Source: Candidatus Omnitrophota bacterium
GTDB taxonomy: Bacteria > Omnitrophota > Gorgyraeia > Zapsychrales > Aceulaceae
Length of the DNA: 49,496 nucleotides
NCBI GenBank assembly: GCA_029564765.1
Contig: JAKQPK010000060.1
Span: forward strand, 1 to 49,496
Direction: 5' to 3'
The position numbers and the translations under genes were made by a program. The notes beneath the pieces are model-generated. The model ran no database searches. It saw only the letters and a list, made by a program, of their open reading frames with translations, and was not told where the DNA came from. This document shows positions 26,047-33,601 of this stretch, piece by piece. How positions within the stretch are numbered: the first letter of the stretch is position 1; each line of letters begins with the position of its first letter.

Positions 26047-27418
26047 CCTGCAACCCCTGCTTCTTCTGAAGCACTTTCACAAGTTCCTCATCGATCGTTT
26101 CCCTGGCGACCATATAGATATAAAGACAGCTGTTTCTCTGGCCGATCCTGTGGATCCGGTCCCGCGCCTGGGCGTGCGCTTCATAGGAATAATCGAGGCT
26201 GTAAAAGACCATCGTCTTGCAGCTGACGAATGTCAGGCCGTGGGCCGCTGACCGAGGATGCGCTATGAGATACCTGACGGATCCGCTCTTGAACCTGTTG
26301 ATCGATTCGTCCCGGTCTTTCGTGCCTGAATAAAGCGTCGTGACCTGGTCCGCTCCGTACTTTTCCGAGATCATCTTTTCGATGACTCGGACTTCTTCGT
26401 GGAACTGCACCCAGATGATCACCTGCTGGCTTCCCAGTTCTTCCAGAATCTCCTCAAGCTCCTTGAGCTTTGACGGCCTGTCGATCGACACCGCTTCGCC
26501 GCTTTCTGAATAAAAGAACCCGGATGTCGCCTGACGCAGCTTCATTAATTTGGCGAGGACAACCTGCGCCGCGATCTCATGCCCTTCGATCTCCGTGATC
26601 AGGAAATCCCTCATCTCCTCATATGCCGTCCATTCTTTGGCGCTGAGTTCAACCTCTCGCACCTCGTCGATCTTCTCGGGCAGGTCCAGCGCCTCGCTCT
26701 TCTTCACCCAGTGCGTCACCGGGCTTACCTCTTCCATGAGCCTCCTGCGGTTCTCGGCCGTTATCGTGTACTTCCACCCCTGGCTCAAGATCTCCCGCAT
26801 CTCGTGCTTGCTCACGAACTGCCCGTTCAAATACTTCCGCTCGCCGTACCGCTCAAGATGAAAATAGGAGTTTCGGAAGGCATAGAAGGACTTGTGCAGA
26901 AGATACGGGCTGACAAACCTGATCTGCCCCCACAGCTCTGCCTCGCTGTTAGGCATCGGAGTGCCGGAAGCGATAATCCTGTACCTGAAGTATTCAGTCA
27001 GTTCCAGGAGCGTCTTTGTGGTCACGCTCTTGTTGTTCTTGAGGCGCGAACTTTCATCAAGGACGCACATGAACGAATTGCCAAACACATGACTCATGAC
27101 TTTCGGAAGATACTTCTTTGATATGAGCGCCTCGTAATTGACGATGATGATGTCCGGCTTCTCGTTCTTGATCTGCTTGAGAGGCATGGACGAAAACTCG
27201 GTGAACTTGCGGATATCCTCGCCCCATGCTGAATTGACCAGGGACAGAGGACAAACGACAAGGAGCCTCAAGCCCGGATTGACCTGTCTGTACCTCTTAA
27301 ATATTTCGAGGCATGTCCTTGTCTTCCCCAGGCCGGGATCGTGGAAAAGGGCGCAGCATCCGTTATTCCTGACCGCGATCTCGACCGCATCACTCTGGTG
27401 TTTAAACAGACTTTGCAT
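25997..27418 (-). CDS. SNF2-family helicase
   Basis: PGLGKT, LDES, SGTP and QARDRIHRIGQ motifs. Confidence 0.92.
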   Translation of the reverse strand: MQSLFKHQSDAVEIAVRNNGCCALFHDPGLGKTRTCLEIFKRYRQVNPGLRLLVVCPLSLVNSAWGEDIRKFTEFSSMPLKQIKNEKPDIIIVNYEALISKKYLPKVMSHVFGNSFMCVLDESSRLKNNKSVTTKTLLELTEYFRYRIIASGTPMPNSEAELWGQIRFVSPYLLHKSFYAFRNSYFHLERYGERKYLNGQFVSKHEMREILSQGWKYTITAENRRRLMEEVSPVTHWVKKSEALDLPEKIDEVREVELSAKEWTAYEEMRDFLITEIEGHEIAAQVVLAKLMKLRQATSGFFYSESGEAVSIDRPSKLKELEEILEELGSQQVIIWVQFHEEVRVIEKMISEKYGADQVTTLYSGTKDRDESINRFKSGSVRYLIAHPRSAAHGLTFVSCKTMVFYSLDYSYEAHAQARDRIHRIGQRNSCLYIYMVARETIDEELVKVLQKKQGLQDAVYAIVRNKTKKSGH

Positions 27419-27518
27419 TTTTCCTCTTTCCGCACGGCCTGTTTGCCTGGACCAGCTTCTGGCGGTTGTACCAGCTCAAATTTTTGTAGATCTCCTTGAG
27501 ACCCTTCTGGACTTTCAC
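27402..27518 (-). CDS. 38-aa basic peptide (not in ORF track)
   Basis: GTG start overlapping the upstream TGA, AAGGAG SD; MKVQKGLKEIYKNLSWYNRQKLVQANRPCGKRKNAKSV. Confidence 0.5.
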   Translation of the reverse strand: MKVQKGLKEIYKNLSWYNRQKLVQANRPCGKRKNAKSV

Positions 27519-27790
27519 GGCTTCGGCTCCTTCTTGACGCGTTCTACGCTGAAATTCCGTTCGCCGATGAACTTGATCATCAGCCCTGTGAAGACTTCAG
27601 CGATGTGCTCGCCAACCGGCCCCGAAACGTCGATCGCGACCTTGTCATCCGCTGCCAGATATGCGGCGTTAAGCCTGACTTTGGCCGCTCCGAAGGTGCA
27701 TTCAGCCGAAAGGACCGCGAAGGCGATCTGCTCTTCGATGAACTCCCGGCTGACCTGCTTTTTGAATATGAACTTGCAAACTTCTGACAT
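27515..27790 (-). CDS. Hypothetical early protein, first gene after the repeat motif
   Basis: 91 aa, AGGAG SD, directly downstream of the 36-bp repeat. Confidence 0.75.
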   Translation of the reverse strand: MSEVCKFIFKKQVSREFIEEQIAFAVLSAECTFGAAKVRLNAAYLAADDKVAIDVSGPVGEHIAEVFTGLMIKFIGERNFSVERVKKEPKP

Positions 27791-27806
27791 CGCTTTTCTC
27801 CTCTGT

Positions 27807-27842
27807 GGCGTACATACAGGAAATTCTTCAAAAGTGTCGCGA
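27807..27842 (-). promoter_or_regulatory. 36-bp direct repeat copy 1 (putative phage-sigma promoter)
   Basis: TCGCGACACTTTTGAAGAATTTCCTGTATGTACGCC, identical to 28770-28805. Confidence 0.7.
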
Positions 27843-27849
27843 ACTATTT

Positions 27850-28428
27850 TTAGAAATATTCATTCAGCTTTTTCTTCTGAAAAACCTCTTTGATGCGCTC
27901 GATTTCTCTATAAACATTCGAACGGTGAAGGCTTAAGACCTCACCAGCTTCAGGAACGCTCAACCCTTCATCCTTTAAAAGCCGACAGAGCTCCCTCTGT
28001 CTTGGAGTCAAACTTTTAATTGTGTTGGAAATATCAATCGAAAGTTCTGCGTGGACACGCAGATCAATGGCATGGTTCTGATCGTCAGCAAGAATGTCTA
28101 ATAAGGAAGAGGCATCTTCCTCATCTGATAATGGCTGGTTAAGAGAAATTGATTCAAAAGCGACTTTGCGTTTATCTGTTAAAAGACTTTCGATAATGTT
28201 TCGTAAATTGCGCTTAAGAACCCTGGACATATAAGTCTGTTTTGAAGCGCCCGCAGCAGGGTCGTAACCATCTTTTACGGAAGACCAAAACAACAAACTC
28301 TCTTGAAGCAAATCATCGAAATCTTCGCGAGCCAAGCACTTCCAGTTCCTCTTATGCTCATCAACAATATTCTTTGCGACACCGACTTCCCAATCCTCGA
28401 ACAACCCCCTGTAACTTGATCTCTTCAT
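27850..28428 (-). CDS. Phage-encoded sigma-70-family (ECF-like) sigma factor
   Basis: Region 2-like DFDDLLQE...YDP...TYMSRV; SISLNQPL; region 4 LTPRQRELCRLL..EGLSVPEAGEVL HTH. Confidence 0.85.
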   Translation of the reverse strand: MKRSSYRGLFEDWEVGVAKNIVDEHKRNWKCLAREDFDDLLQESLLFWSSVKDGYDPAAGASKQTYMSRVLKRNLRNIIESLLTDKRKVAFESISLNQPLSDEEDASSLLDILADDQNHAIDLRVHAELSIDISNTIKSLTPRQRELCRLLKDEGLSVPEAGEVLSLHRSNVYREIERIKEVFQKKKLNEYF

Positions 28429-28429
28429 A

Positions 28430-28462
28430 AGACACCTCGCCTTTCTTTTTTTTGAGGTGTCT
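28430..28462 (-). promoter_or_regulatory. Hairpin sequestering the sigma-gene SD
   Basis: AGACACCTC-N15-GAGGTGTCT-T-ATG, a perfect 9-bp inverted repeat. Confidence 0.6.
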
Positions 28463-28529
28463 CAAATGGGGGGATAAATAAAGGATAGGGCTTTTGAGGC
28501 CCTTACAAAATCACGGAGGAATCCGTGAT

Positions 28530-28754
28530 TTAAGTTTTCCGACGAGGCGCAACCTTGGAGATGTCAACTGCCCCGCTGAATTCCTCTTCTGTCGGCTCTC
28601 TTCCGAGAATCCCGGTCAGGACCTGGAAAACCGCTTTTGAGATGGCTTCGTAGTGAATGGCTCTCTCTGTTGCGGACACTGGCTTGTCCGGGTACACGGC
28701 TGTGAACCTGTCCCCGAATTTTTCCTGAACGTTTTGAGCGATCTTTTTTCCCAT
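28530..28754 (-). CDS. 74-aa hypothetical protein in the cro-like position
   Basis: AGGGAG SD; first leftward gene; no HTH evident. Confidence 0.65.
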   Translation of the reverse strand: MGKKIAQNVQEKFGDRFTAVYPDKPVSATERAIHYEAISKAVFQVLTGILGREPTEEEFSGAVDISKVAPRRKT

Positions 28755-28769
28755 GCCTTAACTCCCTGG

Positions 28770-28834
28770 GGCGTACATACAGGAAATTCTTCAAAAGTGT
28801 CGCGACATAAATTAAAAAAATCCTGTATATACGC
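28770..28834. promoter_or_regulatory. Symmetric element: repeat copy 2 plus an inverted copy sharing palindrome TGTCGCGACA
   Basis: TCGCGACA-N13-TCCTGTAT[GA]TACGC reads on both strands from the centre at 28802/28803. Confidence 0.72.
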
Positions 28835-28870
28835 AGCAGAGGGCGCCTGCCCAAAGAGAGCAAAAAATAG

Positions 28871-28900
28871 GTGTCATTTATGGGCAAAAAAGGATATAAT
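28871..28900 (+). promoter_or_regulatory. Sigma70-type promoter for a probably leaderless HTH-integrase transcript
   Basis: GTGTCA-N18-TATAAT; the -10 box ends 6 nt before ATG 28907. Confidence 0.55.
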
Positions 28901-28906
28901 TTAACT

Positions 28907-29296
28907 ATGAAAAACAAAGACGCCCGGTCGCTTCCGCCGGACAAACAGGAAGACATCAGAAAGAAAGCGGTTCACGCGGTTTTAAAAGACGGCAAGACCC
29001 GGGCCGAAACCGCGAAGGCTTTCGGCGTGAGCCGCCAGAGGGTTGAACTGTGGGTCAAAGAATACAGGAAAGGCGGAATGACCGCCTTGCGCTCCGGCAA
29101 ACGCGGTCGTCCGGCAGGAGGCGCACTCTCCCCTGCCCAGTCAGCCAAGATCACAGCGATCCTGAAAGACACACCCGGCCCGGTAACAAGGAAAGCCGCT
29201 GCTGAGCTAATTAAACATGAACTGAATATCGAGGTTTCGGTATGGACCGCCGGAAGGTATCTGGCGCGGTGGGGATTAAAGAGGAGGAAAACATGA
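28907..29296 (+). CDS. Stand-alone IS630-transposase-like HTH/winged-HTH protein (no DDE domain)
   Basis: DARSL..DKQEDIRKKAV, ETAKAFGVSRQRVELWVKEYRKGG..AL...KRGRP, TRKAAAELI, SVWTAGRYLARWGL; ATGA-coupled to the integrase. Confidence 0.82.
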   Translation: MKNKDARSLPPDKQEDIRKKAVHAVLKDGKTRAETAKAFGVSRQRVELWVKEYRKGGMTALRSGKRGRPAGGALSPAQSAKITAILKDTPGPVTRKAAAELIKHELNIEVSVWTAGRYLARWGLKRRKT

Positions 29297-31047
29297 TATT
29301 TGCCACAAAGACAGACAAGAAGAAACGCTGCATCATTTACACAAGATGCTCAACCGATGACCAGGCGCAGGGCGATTACACCACCCTAGACGCCCAGGCC
29401 CATCACTGCAAGAACATGATCGACGCCTTCGGGTACGAAATGGCGGACTTTGGCGAGAAAGGCGTGGTCAACGATGACGGATACTCGGGCAAAGACCTGA
29501 ACCGCCCCGGCATCCAGTCTATCCTTAAAGACATCCAGACCAAGAAGTCCTTTGACGCGATCGTCTTCTTCCGCCTTGACCGCCTCACAAGAAACCCCCG
29601 AGACCTTTACGGCATGATCGACCTGTTCAAAGCCAACGAGATCGACTTCCTTTCTGTCCGCGAGAATCTGGACAGCTCGACCGCCATCGGCCGCGTGGTT
29701 ATCGGGATCATCGGGCTTTTGTCCGCCTTTGAACGAGAGCTGACAGGCGAACGCGTCAAAGCATCCGCCATCGCCAGAGCCAGACAGGGCCGCTGGGTCG
29801 CAGGAAAACCACCGTTCGGATACAAACAGATCCCTGACGGCAATCCCCTGCCGAACGGCCGACAGCCCCACAAGGTCGTCCTTGATGAGAAGATCGCTCC
29901 CTTCATCAAGCGGATCTTTGAACTGGCCGCGGACAACAAGACCCTGACCGATATCGGCCAGGACATGATCAGCAACAATGTCCCGACATCAAAGAACTTC
30001 ATCTGGCGCAAACAGACAGTCGCCAAGATCATCAAGAATCCGTTCTACAAAGGAAAGGTCCACTATTCCGGCGAAACGCACAATGGCGCCCACCAGGCGG
30101 TCGTTGATGAAGAACTCTGGGACCGGGCAAACAAGATCGTCTCCGCAAACCTCCCGGGCCACAGGTTCATGCCTATCTCAAAGGATTACGCCAGCAAGCT
30201 GAAAGGGATCCTGAAATGCGGACACTGCGGAAGCAGTTTTGTCTCCACCCTCGCCCACAGCCACAACGGAAAGACCTTCTATTATTACGAATGCAGCCGG
30301 GGCAGGCAGAGACTCGGATGCGACACCCGAAGGATGTCAGCGACAGGGTTTGACCAAGCGGTCCTCGACTTCTTCTCCCGGGCATCAAAGGATAAAGAGA
30401 TCATTGCCAGCACCATGACAGACGCCGTCAATCACAGCAAGAAGCAGCTCACCGCCTACAACAAAGAGACCAAAGACCTGCAGAAGAAACTGGTCAAAGC
30501 CAAAGAAGCAGCCGAAAGACTTCTGAACCTTGCGATTGATAAGGTGATCACAAAAGGCACGACTTACGCGAAAAAGATGGGTGCGATCGAAACAGAGATC
30601 GCTTCACTGGAAGACAGGATGTCGAAGATTGAGGCTAAACGGAGAATCGCGGACATGTCGGCCAATTCGACCGAGTACCTGCACTCGAACATGCGTTTTG
30701 CGATGGAACGCATGGCAGACAGCCCGCCAGAGGCTCAGATCGCCCTTTTAAAGTCACTGCTCAAGGCGATCGACTTGCACGATGACCATGTGATCATGCG
30801 TTTTTATCTCGGAGATCCCTCTGGGGAGATCTCCTGTCCCATTGAAGCGCATCAAGAGCGAACCCTGCCCGGTTCTCCCGAACAGGGTTCGCCTGTGCGT
30901 CAACAATGGCGGAGAGGTCGGGATTTGAACCCGAGGTCCCGTTACCAGGACAACTGCTTAGCAGGCAGCTGCGTTCGGCCACTCCGCCACCTCTCCAAAC
31001 CTCTAAATAATCAAACCATTCACAGAGCAAGGAGAGAGTTGTGTTAA
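29293..31047 (+). CDS. Large serine recombinase (integrase), 584 aa
   Basis: YTRCST catalytic Ser, SGKDLNRPG, RLDRLTRN, PPFGY, Zn ribbon CGHCG...YYEC...C and a coiled coil; GAGGAGG SD before ATG 29293. Confidence 0.95.
   Translation: MIFATKTDKKKRCIIYTRCSTDDQAQGDYTTLDAQAHHCKNMIDAFGYEMADFGEKGVVNDDGYSGKDLNRPGIQSILKDIQTKKSFDAIVFFRLDRLTRNPRDLYGMIDLFKANEIDFLSVRENLDSSTAIGRVVIGIIGLLSAFERELTGERVKASAIARARQGRWVAGKPPFGYKQIPDGNPLPNGRQPHKVVLDEKIAPFIKRIFELAADNKTLTDIGQDMISNNVPTSKNFIWRKQTVAKIIKNPFYKGKVHYSGETHNGAHQAVVDEELWDRANKIVSANLPGHRFMPISKDYASKLKGILKCGHCGSSFVSTLAHSHNGKTFYYYECSRGRQRLGCDTRRMSATGFDQAVLDFFSRASKDKEIIASTMTDAVNHSKKQLTAYNKETKDLQKKLVKAKEAAERLLNLAIDKVITKGTTYAKKMGAIETEIASLEDRMSKIEAKRRIADMSANSTEYLHSNMRFAMERMADSPPEAQIALLKSLLKAIDLHDDHVIMRFYLGDPSGEISCPIEAHQERTLPGSPEQGSPVRQQWRRGRDLNPRSRYQDNCLAGSCVRPLRHLSKPLNNQTIHRARRELC
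30907..30996 (-). tRNA. tRNA-Ser(GCT), CCA encoded; likely integration target
   Basis: GGAGAGG/CCTCTCC acceptor stem, CT-GCT-AA anticodon loop, long variable arm, TTCAAAT T-loop. Confidence 0.95.
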
Positions 31048-31080
31048 CCCTCGCCTTGTAGCCTAAAAACACTCAGACGA

Positions 31081-31584
31081 TCAATTGAACTTTGCTTGAT
31101 CGATACGTTTCCGCTTAAAGAAATCGCTTATGAGCGCCCCGCACTCTTGCGCAAGGATCCCCTCAACAACATTCATCCGGTGATTGAGCGCCGTATGATT
31201 AGCGATATTCAAGCATGATCCACAAGCACCCGCCTTAGGATCCTTGGCCCCAAAATAAAGCGTTTTGATCCGTGCCAAAACCAAAGCTCCAGCGCACATG
31301 CTACAGGGCTCGATTGTAACATAGAGCTTGCAATCATTCAACCATTTGGATGATAGGGTGTTGGCGGCTTGCGTGATCGCAACGATCTCCGCATGAGCTG
31401 TTGGGTCTTTGAGCACTTCTACCTGATTGTGCGCACGCGCGACAATGCGATTCTGATGGACCACGACTGCCCCAATAGGAACTTCATCCGCATCGAAAGC
31501 AATCTTTGCTTGACGCAAAGCTTCGCGCATGAAATATTCATCATTATGTGTGAGCAATGCGGCTGGGGTCTTTATGTCATCCAT
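31081..31584 (-). CDS. tadA: tRNA adenosine(34) deaminase
   Basis: EVPIGAV, AHAE, TIEPCSMC and DPKAGACGS motifs. Confidence 0.95.
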   Translation of the reverse strand: MDDIKTPAALLTHNDEYFMREALRQAKIAFDADEVPIGAVVVHQNRIVARAHNQVEVLKDPTAHAEIVAITQAANTLSSKWLNDCKLYVTIEPCSMCAGALVLARIKTLYFGAKDPKAGACGSCLNIANHTALNHRMNVVEGILAQECGALISDFFKRKRIDQAKFN

Positions 31585-31760
31585 GAGGAAAATTTAAACG
31601 CTTCACATTTCGCTTTTCTCGATTCGATTATCCAGAAAAAGTGAAAATCATAAGCGTTTCCACCTCTCAAAGAAAAACGCGCCTCGTTCCATTGGACACA
31701 GCAAATTCAATCCAAGAAAAATGGTACGTATGCGCGTCTCCTCTAACTCTCAAAGAAAAA

Positions 31761-31834
31761 CGCGCCTGAGAGGGCTCGAACCTCTAACCCTCAGCTCCGT
31801 AGGCTGATGCTCTATCCAGTTGAGCTACAGGCGC
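31761..31834 (-). tRNA. tRNA-Arg(ACG)
   Basis: GCGCCTG/CAGGCGC acceptor stem, TCAGC-CT-ACG-GA-GCTGA anticodon arm, GGTTCGAG. Confidence 0.95.
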
Positions 31835-32162
31835 ATCTACACTAGTATTTTTTAGGAAGGATGCACCGGTCCAAATTTCTCCTTCTGCTATCTCAAAGAA
31901 AATTTGGTCACGGCGCAATTTCCTAAATATTTTTCAAGATGAATTGAGTCTGCTTCAACTTCCACTGATTTCAGCCTCAGAGAAAGTTGCAAGCAAGTCG
32001 CATTATCCTTAAAATTACACTAAGGAAATGCACCCGCTTCAGTTTGCGCAGAAAATTCTAAGAACTGAAGCAGGGCGCAATTACATCAATTCTTTCAACA
32101 ATAAATCATCAACTCCAACTCTCCGCTTTTTAGATAACTCGGAAAGCTGCAAAGAAGGCATA

Positions 32163-33521
32163 TTATCTCAAAACCTTATTACGGTCAAGTCCAAGACTTG
32201 CTAAGGCACCCTTAGGGTCCGCATTGTAGGCGTGGCAAAACATCGTGATCTCGTTAATAGAGCGAATATTGCGGTCTGCTAAAGTCTTCAAAATAATAGC
32301 ACGGATCTTCACTTCATCCATAATTTCTTTTGCTGTAAATCCGCTCGAGCGCGCAAGCTTATCTCGATAGATCGTGCTTGGCGAGATCGACTCAATGACC
32401 TTTTTCTCGTAATCATACTTAAAAATCGTCGATAAGAGGATCGTTTTCTGTTCCATCCCTCCGGTCTCGCTAACCTCATCGATCACGCGATAGATCTTAT
32501 CTTTCACATGGAAACGTTTTAAAATAATAAACACATCGATCAAATTCACAAGAAGCTCCGGAACATTCATAGGCTCATTTTCAAGACGCAAGATCGCTTC
32601 CCGCGCGGTCAACGCGTGAATTGTTCCCATGCAGTACTTGCCGACATTCATCGCCGTGATCAGATCTGCCGCCTCTGTACCGCGAACCTCGCCGACGATA
32701 ATACGTTCAGGACGCATGCGTAAAGTATTCTTGACGAGATCTGCCAAGGTTGTCTGATCATCGCTCTCAAGCCTTGAACAGCTATCTTCATGGAACGTAT
32801 TAAGCTCGAGGGTATCCTCAATAACGATCACGCGTTCTTTTTTAGGGATAAAACTGAATAGCGCATTCAACAGCGTTGTCTTTCCTGTTCCAGGGCCTCC
32901 TGCGAGCATAATATTGGCAGGCTTGATCGATAGTCCTTCGATGTAAAGCCATAGCTGCCCCGCAAGAAGATAAGTTAAACTCCCTCTCTCGATAAGGTCA
33001 ATGATGCTTAAAGGATCGACCTTTGTCTTCGTGATCGTGATCTGCGGGCCAAAAGGCGATGTGGCGATATTGACACGGCCTTCCAGATTGGCGAGCTCAA
33101 GATTAACGATCTTTTTATTCTCATTGCGGCCTGAAAACAGCATTAGCTTGCGGACAAAAAGATCCAACTCCATCTGATCGGAAAAACGGCATTTTGTCGC
33201 AATAAAACCTTTTTCTGAATGGTGAACAAAGATCGTATTAGTTGAGTTAATAATGATATCTTCGATCCCCTGATCGCACAAAAGATCCTCAATCACGCCA
33301 TAAGATAAAAATTGCAGAATAAATTCCTTTCGCTTTGATGTATCGGCAATCTCATCAAAGATCTCCTGAAATTTATGTCCATCGCCACTCGAACGGATCT
33401 CCTGAAGAACATGGTCAACGATAGCCTCTTTCTCATCGAGAGGCTGTAATAATGTAATCTTTCCCCAGAGCTTATCAACGATCTGATTTTCAAGCGTTAT
33501 GACCATCGATCTATTCATCAT
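32163..33521 (-). CDS. CpaF/TadA/VirB11-family secretion ATPase
   Basis: GGPGTGKTT, IEDTLEL, LRMRPERIIVGEVRG and GTIHA motifs. Confidence 0.88.
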   Translation of the reverse strand: MMNRSMVITLENQIVDKLWGKITLLQPLDEKEAIVDHVLQEIRSSGDGHKFQEIFDEIADTSKRKEFILQFLSYGVIEDLLCDQGIEDIIINSTNTIFVHHSEKGFIATKCRFSDQMELDLFVRKLMLFSGRNENKKIVNLELANLEGRVNIATSPFGPQITITKTKVDPLSIIDLIERGSLTYLLAGQLWLYIEGLSIKPANIMLAGGPGTGKTTLLNALFSFIPKKERVIVIEDTLELNTFHEDSCSRLESDDQTTLADLVKNTLRMRPERIIVGEVRGTEAADLITAMNVGKYCMGTIHALTAREAILRLENEPMNVPELLVNLIDVFIILKRFHVKDKIYRVIDEVSETGGMEQKTILLSTIFKYDYEKKVIESISPSTIYRDKLARSSGFTAKEIMDEVKIRAIILKTLADRNIRSINEITMFCHAYNADPKGALASLGLDRNKVLR

Positions 33522-33601
33522 CCCACCTTTTTATTGATGTATCATAGCATAAGTTCTTTTGGCTCACCATATCGTTTTCGCAAATCGATAGGGCTGTATC
33601 C

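Larger units (their letters stand above)
1..30996. mobile_element. Lambda-like temperate prophage (left end beyond window), integrated at tRNA-Ser(GCT)
   Basis: Contiguous tail, head, terminase, replication and serine integrase genes abut a tRNA 3' end, with housekeeping genes beyond it. The exact crossover point is not determinable and probably lies in or next to 30907-30996. Confidence 0.93.

Noticed and set aside
3018-27893. Many plus-strand ORFs of 60-300 aa opposite phage genes
   Set aside because: Antisense shadows of well-supported minus-strand genes, with no motifs.
27807-28805. 36-bp repeats as a CRISPR array or as prophage att sites
   Set aside because: Only two copies about 1 kb apart with genes between them, no cas genes, and both are internal to the prophage.
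29242-29292. Longer integrase start given by the ORF track
   Set aside because: ATG 29293 has a GAGGAGG SD and an ATGA overlap, and it places the catalytic motif near the N-terminus.
28871-29296. Active IS630 insertion sequence
   Set aside because: No DDE domain recognised after the HTH (the integrase follows directly) and no terminal inverted repeats recognised.
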